Shown: in pieces, positions 49,085 through 60,600 of the stretch | How the letters are laid out: every line of letters begins with the position of its first letter | Numbering within the stretch: the first letter of the stretch is position 1 | Source: Eledone cirrhosa | Lineage: Eukaryota | Reading direction: 5' to 3' | DNA length: 64,000 bases | NCBI GenBank assembly: GCA_964016885.1 | Contig: OZ024744.1 | Coordinates: forward strand, 129,084,001-129,148,000 | Position numbers and translations under genes: made by a program | Notes under the pieces: generated by a model | Told to the model about the DNA's origin: nothing | Databases searched by the model: none | What the model saw: the letters and a program-made list of their open reading frames with translations, nothing else

Positions 49085-52000
49085 AAGTTAAGTTTGGGTT
49101 AAGGTTGGGGTTAAATTAAGTTGGGGTTAAGTTAAGTTGGGGTTAAGTTAAGTTGGGGTTAAGTTAAGTTGGGGTTAAGTTAAGTTGGGGTTAAGTTAAG
49201 TTGGTGTTAAGTTAAGTTGGGGCTGAGTTAAGTTGGGGCTAAGTTAAGTTGGGTCTAAGTTAAGTTGGGGTTAAGTTAAGTTGGGGTTAAGTTAAGTTGG
49301 TGTTAAATTAAGTTGGGGTTAAATTAAGTTGGTGTTAAGTTAAGTCGGGGTTAAGTTAAGTTGGGGTTAATTAAGTTGGGGTTAAGTTAAGTTGGGGTTA
49401 AGTTAATTGGTGTTAAATTAAGTTAGGGTTGAGTTAAGTTGGGGTTAAGTTAAGTTGGGGTTATATTAAGTTGGGGTTAAGTTAAGTTGGGGTTAAGTAA
49501 AGTTGGGGTTCAGTTAAGTTGCGGTTAAGTTAAGTTGGGGTTAAGTTAAGTTAGGCTTAACTTAAGTTGGGGTTAAGTTAAGTTGTGGGTGAGTTAAGTT
49601 GGGGGTAAGTTAAGTTGGGGTTAAGTTAAGTTGGGGTTAAGTTGGGGTTAAGTTAATTTAGGGTTAAGTTAAGTTGGGGTTGAGTTAAGTTGGGGTTAAG
49701 TTAAGTGGTGGTTATGTTAAGTTGGGGTTAAGTTAAGTTGGGGTTAATTTAAATTGGGGTTAATTTAACTTTGTGGTTAAGTTAATTTGGGGTTAATTTA
49801 AGTTGGGGTTAAGTTAAGTTGGGGTTAATTTAATTTGTGGTTAAGTTAAGTTGGGGTTAAGTTAAGTTGGGGTTGAGTTAAGCTGGGGTTAGGTTAAGTT
49901 GGGGTTAAAATAAGTTGGGGTTAAGTTAAGTTGGAGTTGAGTTAAGTTGGGGTTGAGTTAATTTGGGGTTAAGTTAAGTTGGGGTTAACTTAAGTTGGGT
50001 TTAATTTAAGTTGGGGTTAAGTTAAGTTGGGGTTATAATTAAGTTGGGGTTAAGTTAAGTTGGGGATAAGATAAGTTGGGGTTAGTTAAGTTGCGGTTAA
50101 GTTAAGTTGGGGTTAAGTTAAGTTGGGGTTAAGTTAAGTTGGGGTTAATTTAAGTTGGGGTAAAGTTAAGTTGGGGGTAAGTTAAGTTGGGGTTAAGTTA
50201 AGTTGGGGTTAAGTTAAGTTAGGGTTAACTTAAGTTGGGGTTGTGTTAAGTGGTGCTTATGTTAAGTGGTGGTTATGTTAAGTTGGGGTTAAGTTAAGTT
50301 GGGGTTAAGTTAAATTGGGGTTAAGTTAAGTTGCGGTTAAGTTAAGTTGGGGTTAAGTTAAGTTGGGGTTAAGTTAATTAGGGTTAAGTTAAGTTGGGGT
50401 TAAGTTAAGTTGGGGTTAAGTTAAGTTGGGGTTAAGTTAATTTGTGGTTAAGTTAAGTTGGGGTTAAGTTAAGTTGGGGTTAAGTTAAGTTGGGGATAAG
50501 TTAAGTTGAGGATAAGTTAAGTTGGGGTTAATTAAGTTGGGTTTAAGTTAAGTTGGGGTTAAGTTAAGTTGGGGTTAAGTTAAGTTGGGGTTAAGTTAAG
50601 TTGGTTAGTTAAGTTGAGTTTAAGTTAAGTTGGGGTTAATTGAAGTTGGGGTTAAGTTAAGTTCGGGTTAAGTTAATTTGGGGTTAAGTTAAGTTGGGGT
50701 TCAGTTAAGTTGGGGTTAAGTTAAGTTGGGGTTAAGTTGGGGTAAAATTAAGTTGGGGTTAATTTAAGTTGCGGTTAAGTTAAAATGAGGTTAAGTTAAG
50801 TTGGGGTTAAGTTAAGTTGGGGTTAAGTTAAGTTGGGGCTAAGTTAAGTTGGGGTTAAGTTAACTTTGGGTTAAGTTAAGTTGGGTTTGAGTTAAGTTGG
50901 GGTTAATTAAGTTGGGGTTAAGTTAAGTTGGGGTTAAGTTAAGTTGGGGTTAAGTTAAGTTGATGTTAAGTTAAGTTGGGGTTAATTTAAGTTGGGGTTA
51001 AGTTAAGTTGGGGCTAAGTTAAGTTGGAGCTAAGTTAAGTTGGGGCTAAGTTAAGTTGGGGTTAAGTTAAGTTGGGGTTAAGTTAAGGTGGGGTTAAGTT
51101 AAGTTGGGGTCAACTTAAGTTGGGGTTAAGTTAAGTTGGGGTTAACTTAAGTTGGGGTTAAGTTAAGTTGGGGTTAAGTTAAGTTGGGGTTAAGTTAAGT
51201 TGGGGTTACGTTAAGTTGGGGGTAAGTTAAGTTGGTGGTAAGTTAAGTTGGGGGTAAGTTAAGATGGGGTTAAGTTAGGGTTAACTTAAGTTAGGGTTAA
51301 GTTAATTTGGGGTTGAGTTAAGTTGGGGTTAAGTTAAGTGGTGGTTATGTTAAGTTGGGGTTAAGTTAAGTTGGGGTTAATTTAAATTGGGGTTAATTTA
51401 AATTTGTTGTTAAGTTAAGTTGGGGTTAATTTAAGTTGGGGTTAAGTTAAGTTGGGGTTGAGTTAAGTTGGGGTTGAGTGAAGTTGGGGTTAAGTTAAGT
51501 TGGGGTTAAGTTAAGTTGGGGTTGAGTTAAGTTGGGGTTAATTTAAGTTTGGGCTAAGTTCATTTGGGGTTCAGTTAAGTTGGGGTTAAATTAAGTTGGG
51601 GTTAAGTTAAGTTGGGGTTAAGTTAAGTTGGGGTTAAGTTAAGTTGGGGTTAAGTTAATTTGGGGTTAAGTGAAGTTAGGGTTAAGTTAAGTTGGGGTTG
51701 AGTTAAGTTGGGGGTAAGTTAAGTTGGGGTTATGTTAAGTTGGGGTTACGTTAAGTTGGGTTTAAGTTAAGTTGGGGTTAAGTTAAGTTGGGGTTATGTT
51801 AAGTTGGGGTTAATTTAAGTTGGGGTTAAGTTAAGTTGGGATTAATTTAAGTTGGGGTTAAGTTAAGTTGGGGTTAAGTTAAGTTGGGGTTAAATTAAGT
51901 TGGGGTTAAGTTAAGTTGGGGTTAAGTTAAGTTGGGGTTAAGTTAATTTGGGGTTAAGTTAAGTTAGGGTAAAGTTAAGTTGGGGTTGAGTTAAGTTGGG

Positions 52001-55000
52001 GTAAGTTAAGTTGGGGTTAAGTTAAGTTGGGGTTAAGTTAAGTTGGGGTTAAGTTAAGTTAGGCTTAACTTAAGTTGGGGTTAAGTTAAGTTGGGGGTGA
52101 GTTAAGTTGGGGGTAAGTTAAGTTGGGGTTAAGTTAAGTTGGGGTTAAGTTGGGGTTAAGTTAAGTTAGGGTTAAGTTAATTTGGGGTTGAGTTAAGTTG
52201 GGGTTAAGTTAAGTGGTGGTTATGTTAAGTTGGGGTTAAGTTAAGTTGGGGTTAATTTAAATTGGGGTTAATTTAAATTTGTTGTTAAGTTAAGTTGGGG
52301 TTAATTTAAGTTGGGGTTAAGTTAAGTTGGGGTTGAGTTAAGTTGTGGTTGAGTGAAGTTGGGGTTAAGTTAAGTGGTGGTTATGTTAAGTTGGGGTTAA
52401 GTTAAGTTGGGGTTAATTTAAATTGGGGTTAATTTAAATTTGTTGTTAAGTTAAGTTGGGGTTAATTTAAGTTGGGGTTAAGTTAAGTTGGGGTTGAGTT
52501 AAGTTGGGGTTAATTTAAGTTGGGGCTAAGTTAATTTGGGGTTAAGTTAAGTTGGGGTTAAATTAAGTTGGGGTTAAGTTAAGTTGGGGTTAAGTTAAGT
52601 TGGGGTTAAGTTAATTTGGGGTTAAGTGAAGTTAGGGTTAAGTTAAGTTGGGGCTGAGTTAAGTTGGGGGTAAGTTAAGTTGGGGTTATGTTAAGTTGGG
52701 GTTAAGTTAAGTTGGGGTTAAGTTAAGTTGGGGTTCAGTTAAGTTGCGGTTAAGTTAAGTTGGGGTTAAGTTAAGTTGGGGTTAAGTTAAGTTGGGGTTA
52801 ATTTAAGTTGGGGTTAAGTTAAGTTGGGGTTAAGTTAAGTTGGGGTTAAATTCAGTCGGGGTTAAGTTAAGTCGGGGTTAAGTTACGTTGGGGTTAAGTT
52901 AAGTTGGGGTTAAGTTAAGTTGGGGTTGAGTTAAGTTGGGGTTATTTTAAGTTGGGGTTAAGTTAAGTTGGGGTTAAGTTAAGTTGGGGTTAATTTAAGT
53001 TGGGGTTAAGTTAAGTTGGGGTTAATTTAAGTTGGGGTTAATTTAAGTTGGGGTTAAGTTAAGTTGGGGTTAAGTTAAGTTGGGGTAACGTTAAGTTGGG
53101 GGTAAGTTAAGTTGGGGTTAAGTTAAGTTGGGGTTAAGTTAAGTTAGGGTTAACTTAAGTTGGGGTTGTGTTAAGTGGTGGTTATGTTAAGTGGTGGTTA
53201 TGTTAAGTTGGGGTTAAGTTAAGTTGGGGTTAAGTTGGGGTTAAGTTAAGTTGGGGTTAAGTTAATTAGGGTTAAGTTAAGTTGGGTTTAAGTTAAGTTG
53301 GGGTTAAGTTAATTTGTGGTTAAGTTAAGTTGGGGTTAAGTTAAGTTGGGGTTAAGTTAAGTTGGGGATAAGTTAAGTTGGGGATAAGTTAAGTTGGGGT
53401 TAATTAAGTTGGGTTTAAGTTAAGTTGGGGTTAAGTTAAGTCGGGGTTAAGTTAAGTTGGGGTTAAGTTAAGTTGGTTAGTTAAGTTGAGTTTAAGTTAA
53501 GTTGGGGTTAATTTAAGTTGGGGTTAAGTTAAGTTGGGGTTAAGTTAAGTTGGGGTTAAGTTAAGTTGGGGTTCAGTTAAGTTGGGGTTAAGTTAAGTTG
53601 GGGTTAAGTTGGGGTAACATTAAGTTGGGGTTAAGTTAAGTTGGGGTTAAGTTAAGTTGCGGTTAAGTTAAGTTGCCGTTAAGTTAAGTTGAGGTTAAGT
53701 TAAGTTGGGGTTAAGTTAAGTTGGGGTTAAGTTAAGTTGGGGCTAAGTTAAGTTGGGGCTAAGTTAAGTTGGGGTTAAGTTAACTTTGGGTTAAGTTAAG
53801 TTGGGTTTGAGTTAAGTTGGGGTTAATTAAGTTGGGGTTAAGTTAAGTTGGGGTTAAGTTGGGGTTAAGTTAAGTTGCGGTTAAGTTAAGTTGATGTTAA
53901 GTTAAGTTGGGGTTAAGTTAAGTTGGGGTTAAGTTAAGTTGGGGCTAAGTTAAGTTGGAGCTGAGTTAAGTTGGGGCTAAGTTAAGTTGGGGTTAAGTTA
54001 AGTTGGGGTTAAGTTAAGGTGGGGTTAAGTTAAGTTGGGGTCAACTTAAGTTGGGGTTAAGTTAAGTTGGGGTTAACTTAAGTTGGGGTTAAGTTAAGTT
54101 GGGGTTAAGTTAAGTTGGGGTTAAGTTAAGTTGGGGTTACGTTAAGTTGGGGGTAAGTCAAGTTGGTGTTAAGTTAAGTTGGCGGTAAGTTAAGATGGGG
54201 TTAAGTTAAGTTGGGGTTAATTTAATTTGGGGTTAAGTTAAGTTAGGGTTAAGTTAAGTTGGGGTTGAATTAAGTTGGGGTTAAGTTAAGTTGGGGTTAT
54301 GTTAAGTTGGGGTTAAGTTAAGTTGGGGTTAAGTTAAGTTGGGGTTCAATTAAGTTGCGGATAATTTAAGTTGGGGTTAAGTTAAGTTGGGGTTAAGTTA
54401 AGTTGGGGTTAAGTTAAGTTGGGGTTAAATTAAGTTGGGGTTAAGTTAAGTTGGGGTTATGTTAAGTTGGTGTTAAGTTAAGTTGGGGTTAAGTTAAGTT
54501 GGGGTTAAGTTAGGTTGGTGTTAATTTAAGTTGGGGGTAAGTTAAGTTGGGGTAAGTTAAGTTGGTGTTAAGTTAAGTTGGGGTTAAGTTAAGTTGGGGT
54601 TAAGTTAAGTTGGGTTTAAGTTAAGTTGGGGCTAAGTTAAGTTAGGGCTAAGTTAAGTTGGGGTTAAGTAAAGTTAGGGCTAAGTTAAGTTGGGGTTAAG
54701 TTAAGTTGGGGTTAATTTAAGTTGGGGTTACATTAAGTTGATGTTAAGTTAAGTTGGGGTTAAGTTAAGTTGGGGTTAAGTTAAGTTGGGGTTAAATTAA
54801 GTTGGGGTTAAATTAAGTTGGGGTTAAGTTAAGTTGGGGTTAAGTTAGGTTGGTGTTAAGTTAAGTTGGGGTTAAGTTAAGTTGGGGTTAAGTTAAGTTG
54901 GGGTTAAGTTCAGTCGGGGTTAAGTTAAGTCGGGGTTAAGTTAAGTTGGGGTTAAGTTAAGTTGCGGTTAAGTTAAGTTGGGGTTAAGTTAAGTTGGGGT

Positions 55001-55384
55001 TAAGTTAATTAGGGTTAAGTTAAGTTGGGGTTAAGTTAAGTTGGGGTTAAGTTGGGGTTAAGTTAAGTTGGGTTTAAGTTAAGTTGGGGCTAAGTTAAGT
55101 TAGGGCTAAGTTAAGTTGGGGTTAAGTTAAGTTGGGGTTAATTTAAGTTGGGGTTACATTAAGTTGAGGTTAAGTTAAGTTGTGGTTATGTTAAGTTAGG
55201 GTTAATTTAAGTTAGGGTTATGTTAAGTTGGGGTTAAGTTAAGTTGGGGTTAAGTTAGGTTGGTGTTAAGTTAAGTTGGGGTTAAGTTAAGTTGGGGTTA
55301 TGTTAAGTTGGGGTTAAGTTAAGTTGGGGTTAAGTTAAGTTGGGGGTAAGTTAAGTTGGGTTTGAGTTAAGTTGGGGTTAAGTT

Positions 55385-58267
55385 AGGTTTTTCGAAAACC
55401 TTATATAATCATTTTTTTTTAGGTTTTTCGAAACACCTTATATAATCAATTTTTTTATGTTTTTCGAAAAACCTTATATAATCATTTTTTTTATACTTTT
55501 AGAAATATTTATATCTGATTTCAAATATTTATTTTTCTAGGTTTTTCAAAAAACCTTATATAATCAATTTTTTTTAGGTTTTTCGAAAAATGTTATATAA
55601 TCAATTTTTTTTAGGTTTTTCGAAAAACCTTATATAATCAATTTTTTTTTAGGTTTTTCGAAACACCTTATATAATCAATTTTTTTTAGGTTTTTCGAAA
55701 AACCTTATATAATCAATTTTTTTTAGGTTTTTCGAAAAACCTTATATAATCAATTTTTTTAGGTTTTTCGTAAAACCTTATATAATCAATTTTTTTAGGT
55801 TTTTCGAAAAACCTTATATAATCAATTTTTTTTAGGTTTTTCGAAATACCTTATATAATTAATTTTTTTTAGGTTTTTCGAAAAATCTTATATAATTAAT
55901 TTATATCTGATTTCAAATATTGATTTTTTTAGGTTTTTCGAAAACTTTATATAATCAATTTTTTTTAGGTTTTTCGAAAAAGAATGAATTCATATTCGAA
56001 ATATATACTTCTGCATTAATCTTTTTACGTTTTTTTGATTTTTTGCATTTTTTTAAAATTTAAAAAAAAAGTAAAAAATTAATGCTTTTACAAATATTTT
56101 GAAATATTTACTTTCTGGTTTCAAATTTTGCAAATTAAATTTTTTTCTAAAAAAATCAGTTTTCGAAATCAGAAGTTAATATTTCGAAAAACGCAATTTA
56201 AAAAACTCATATTAATTTTTTTTCGAATGAAGTTTTTTTATGCTTTTAGAAATATTTATATCTGATTTAAAATATTGATTTTTTTAGGTTTACCTTATAT
56301 AATCAAATTTTTTTAGGTTTTTCGAAATATCTTATATAATCAATTTTTTTTAGGTTTTTCGAAAAATTTGAGTTCATAGTCGAAATATATACTTCTGCAT
56401 TAATCTTTGATTTTTTGCATGTTTTGAAATTTAAAAAAAACGTAAAAAATTAATATTTCGAAAAACGCAATTTGAAAAACTCATATTAATTTTTTTTCGA
56501 ATGAATTCTTTTATACTTTTAGAAATATTTATATCTGATTTTAAATATTGATTTTTTTAGGTTTACCTTATATAATCAAATTTTTTTAGGTTGTTCGAAA
56601 AATCTTATATAATCAAATTTTTTTAGGTTTTTCGAAAAAGAATTTGAGTTCATAGTCGAAATATATACTTCTGCATTAATCTTTTTACGTTTTTCTGATT
56701 TTTTGCATGTTTTGAAATTTAAAAAAAACGTAAAAAATTACAAATATTTTGAAATATTTACTTTCTGGTTTCAAAGTTTGCAAATTAAATTTTTTTCGAA
56801 AAACCTAAAAAAATCAGTTTTCGAAATCAGAAGTTAAAAACGCAATTTGAAAAACTCATATTAATTTTTTTTCGAATGAAGTTTTTTATACTTTTAGAAA
56901 TATTTATATCTGATTACAAATATTGATTTTTTTAGGTTTTTCGAAAAATCTTATATAATCAATTTTTTTTAGGTTTTTCGAAAAAGAATGAATTTGAGTT
57001 CATAGTCGAAATATATATTTCTGCACTAATCTTTTTACGTTTTTCTGATTTTTTGCATGTTTTGAAATTTAAAAAAAACGTAAAAAATCAATATTTTGAA
57101 AAACGCAATTTGAAAAACTCATATTAATTTTTTTTCGAATGAATTCTTTCATACTTTTAGAAATATTTATATCTGATTTTAAATATTGATTTTTTTAGGT
57201 TTACCTTATATAATCAAATTTTTTTAGGTTTTTCGAAAAAGAATGAATTTGAGTTCATAGTCGAAATATATACTTCTGCATTAATCTTTTTACGTTTTTC
57301 TGATTTTTTGTATGTTTTGAAATTTAAAAAAAAACGTTATAAATTAATGCTTTTACAAATATTTTGAAATATTTACTTTCTGGTTTCGAAATTTTACAAA
57401 TTAAATTTTTTTCGAAAAACCTAAAAAAATCAGTTTTCGAAATCAGAAGTTAATATTTCGAAAAACGCAATTTGAAAAACTCATATTAATTTTTTTTCGA
57501 ATGAAGTTTTTTTATGCTTTTAGAAATATTTATATCTGATTTCAAATATTGATTTTTTTTAGGTTTTTCGAAAAAGAATGAATTTGAGTTAATAGTCGAA
57601 ATATATATTTCTGCATTGATCTTTGATCTTTTGTATGTTTTGAAATTTAAAAAAAACGTAAAAAATTAATGCTTTTACAAATATTTTGAAATATTTACTT
57701 TCTGGTTTCAAATTTTGCAAATTAAATTTTTTTCGAAGAACCTAAAAAAATCAGTTTTCGAAATCAGAAGTTAATATTTCGAAAAACGCAATTTAAAAAA
57801 CTCATATTAATTTTTTTTCGAATGAATTCTTTTAGAAATATTTATATCTGATTTCAAATATTGATTTTTTTAGGTTTACCTTATATAATCAAATTTTTTT
57901 AGGTTTTTCAAAAACCTTATATAATCAATTTTTTTTAGGTTTTTCTAAAAACCTTACATAATCAATTTTTTTTAGGTTTTTTCGAAAAACCTTATATAAT
58001 CAATTTTTTACGTTTTTAGAAAAACCTTATATAATCAATTTTTTTTATACTTTTAGAAATATTTATATCTTATTTCAAATATTGATTTTTTTTAGATTTT
58101 TCGAAATACCTTATATAATCAATTTTTCTAGGTGTTTCGAAAAACCTTATATAATCAATTTTTTTTAGGTTTTTCGAAAGACCTTATATAATCAATTTTT
58201 TTTAGGTTTTTCGAAAAACCTTATATAATCAATTTTTTTAGGTTTTTCGACAACCTTATATAATCAA
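55385..58267. repeat. AT-rich composite island, copy 5 (~2.88 kb, most divergent core)
   Basis: Same junctions. Six long units (about 55982, 56366, 56640, 56986, 57241, 57576) with private small deletions. Confidence 0.96.
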
Positions 58268-59092
58268 GTTGAGTTTAAGTTAAGTTGGGATTAAGTTAAG
58301 TTGGGGTTAAGTTAAGATGGGGTTAAGTTATGTTGAGGTTAAGTTAAGTTGGGGTTAAATTAAGTTGGGGTTAAGTTAAGTTGGGGTTAAGTTAAGTTGG
58401 GGTTAGGTTAAGTTGGGTTTAAGTTAAGTTGGGGATAAGTTAAGTTGGGGTTAAGTTAAGTTGGGTTTAAGTTAAGTTGGGGTTAAGTTAAGTTGGGGTT
58501 AAGTTAAGTTGGGGTTAAATTAAGTTGGGGTTAAGTTAAGTTGGGGTTGAGTGAAGTTGGGGTTAAGTTAAGTTGGGGTTAAATTAAGTTGGGGTTAAGT
58601 TAAGTTGGGGTTGAGTGAAGTTGGGGTTAAGTTAAGTTGCGGTTAAATTAAGTTGGGGTTAAGTTTAGTTGGGGTTGAGTTAAGTTGGGGTTAATTTAAG
58701 TTGGGGCTAAGTTAATTTGTGGTTAAGTTAAGTTGGGGTTAAGTTAAGTTGGGGTTAAGTTAAGTTGGGGTTGAGTTAAGTTGGGGTTAAGTTAAGTTGG
58801 GTTTAAGTTAAGTTGGGGTTAAATTAAGTTGGGGTTAAATTAAGTTGGGGTTAAGTTAAGTTGGGGGTAAGTTAAGTTGGGGGCAAGTTAAGTTGGGGTT
58901 AAGTTAAGTTGGGGTTAAGTTAAGTTGGGGTTAATTTAAGTTGGGGTTATGTTAAGTTGGGGTTAAGTTAAGTTGGGGTTAAGTTAAGTTGGGGGTAAGT
59001 TACGTTAGGGCTAAGTTAAGTTGGGGTTAAGTTAAGTTGGTGTTAAGTTAAGTTGGGGGTAAGTTACGTTAGGGCTAAGTTACGTTGGGGTT

Positions 59093-59305
59093 AACTTAAC
59101 CCCAACTTAACTTAACCCCAACTTAACTTAGACCCAACTTAACTGAGCCCCAACTTAACTTAACCCCAACGTAACTTAGCCCTAACGTAACTTACCCCCA
59201 ACTTAACTTAACACCAACTTAACTTAACCCCAACTTAACTTACCCCCAACTTAACTTACCCCCAACTTAACTTAACCCCAACTTAACTTAACTTAACCCC
59301 AACTT
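59093..59305 (-). repeat. 213-bp inverted satellite patch, copy 5
   Basis: Same sequence; 11516 bp after copy 3. Confidence 0.97.
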
Positions 59306-60387
59306 AAGTTAAGTTTGGGTTAAGGTTGGGGTTAAATTAAGTTGGGGTTAAGTTAAGTTGGGGTTAAGTTAAGTTGGGGTTAAGTTAAGTTGGGGGTAAG
59401 TTAAGTTGGGGTTAAGTTAAGTTCGGGTTAAGTTAAGTTGGTGTTAAGTTAAGTTGGGGCTGAGTTAAGTTGGGGCTAAGTTAAGTTGGGTCTAAGTTAA
59501 GTTGGGGTTAAGTTAAGTTGGGGTTAAGTTAAGTTGGTGTTAAATTAAGTTGGGGTTAAATTAAGTTGGTGTTAAGTTAAGTTGGGGTTAAGTTAAGTTG
59601 GGGTTAATTAAGTTGGGGTTAAGTTAAGTTGGGGTTAAGTTAATTGGGGTTAAATTAAGTTAGGGTTGAGTTAAGTTGGGGTTAAGTTAAGTTGGGGTTA
59701 TATTAAGTTGGGGTTAAGTTAAGTTGGGGTTAAGTTAAGTTAGGGTTAATTTAAGTTAGGGTTATGTTAAGTTGGGGTTAAGTTAAGTTGGGGTTAAGTT
59801 AGGTTGGTGTTAAGTTAAGTTGGGGTTAAGTTAAGTTGGGGTTATGTTAAGTTGGGGTTAAGTTAAGTTGGGGTTAAGTTAAGTTGGGGTTGAGTTAAGT
59901 TGGGGTTGAGTTAAGTTGGGGTTGAGTGAAGTTGGGGTTAAGTTAAGTTGGGGTTAAATTAAGTTGGGGTTAAGTTAAGTTGGGGTTGAGTTAAGTTGGG
60001 GTTAATTTAAGTTGGGGCTAAGTTAATTTGTGGTTAAGTTAAGTTGGGGTTAAGTTAAGTTGGGGTTAAGTTAAGTTGGGGTTGAGTTAAGTAGGGGTTG
60101 AGTTAATTTGGGGTTAAGTTAAGTTGGGGTTAAGTTAAGTTGGGTTTAAGTTAAGTTGGGGTTAAATTAAGTTGGGGTTAAATTAAGTTGGGGTTAAGTT
60201 AAGTTGGGGGTAAGTTAAGTTGGGGGCAAGTTAAGTTGGGGTTAAGTTAAGTTGGGGTTTAGTTAAGTTGGGGTTAATTTAAGTTGGGGTTATGTTAAGT
60301 TGGGGTTAAGTTAAGTTGGGGTTAAGTTAAGTTGGGGTTAAGTTAAGTTGGGGGTAAGTTACGTTAGGGCTAAGTTACGTTGGGGTT

Positions 60388-60600
60388 AACTTAACCCCAA
60401 CTTAACTTAACCCCAACTTAACTTAGACCCAACTTAACTGAGCCCCAACTTAACTTAACCCCAACGTAACTTAGCCCTAACGTAACTTACCCCCAACTTA
60501 ACTTAACACCAACTTAACTTAACCCCAACTTAACTTACCCCCAACTTAACTTACCCCCAACTTAACTTAACCCCAACTTAACTTAACTTAACCCCAACTT
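60388..60600 (-). repeat. 213-bp inverted satellite patch, copy 6
   Basis: Same sequence; 11516 bp after copy 4 and 1295 bp after copy 5. Confidence 0.97.

Larger units (their letters stand above)
46752..55384 (+). repeat. 16-bp satellite block 5 (two inverted patches)
   Basis: Same monomer. Its first ~5.7 kb is duplicated at 58268-64000. Confidence 0.98.
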
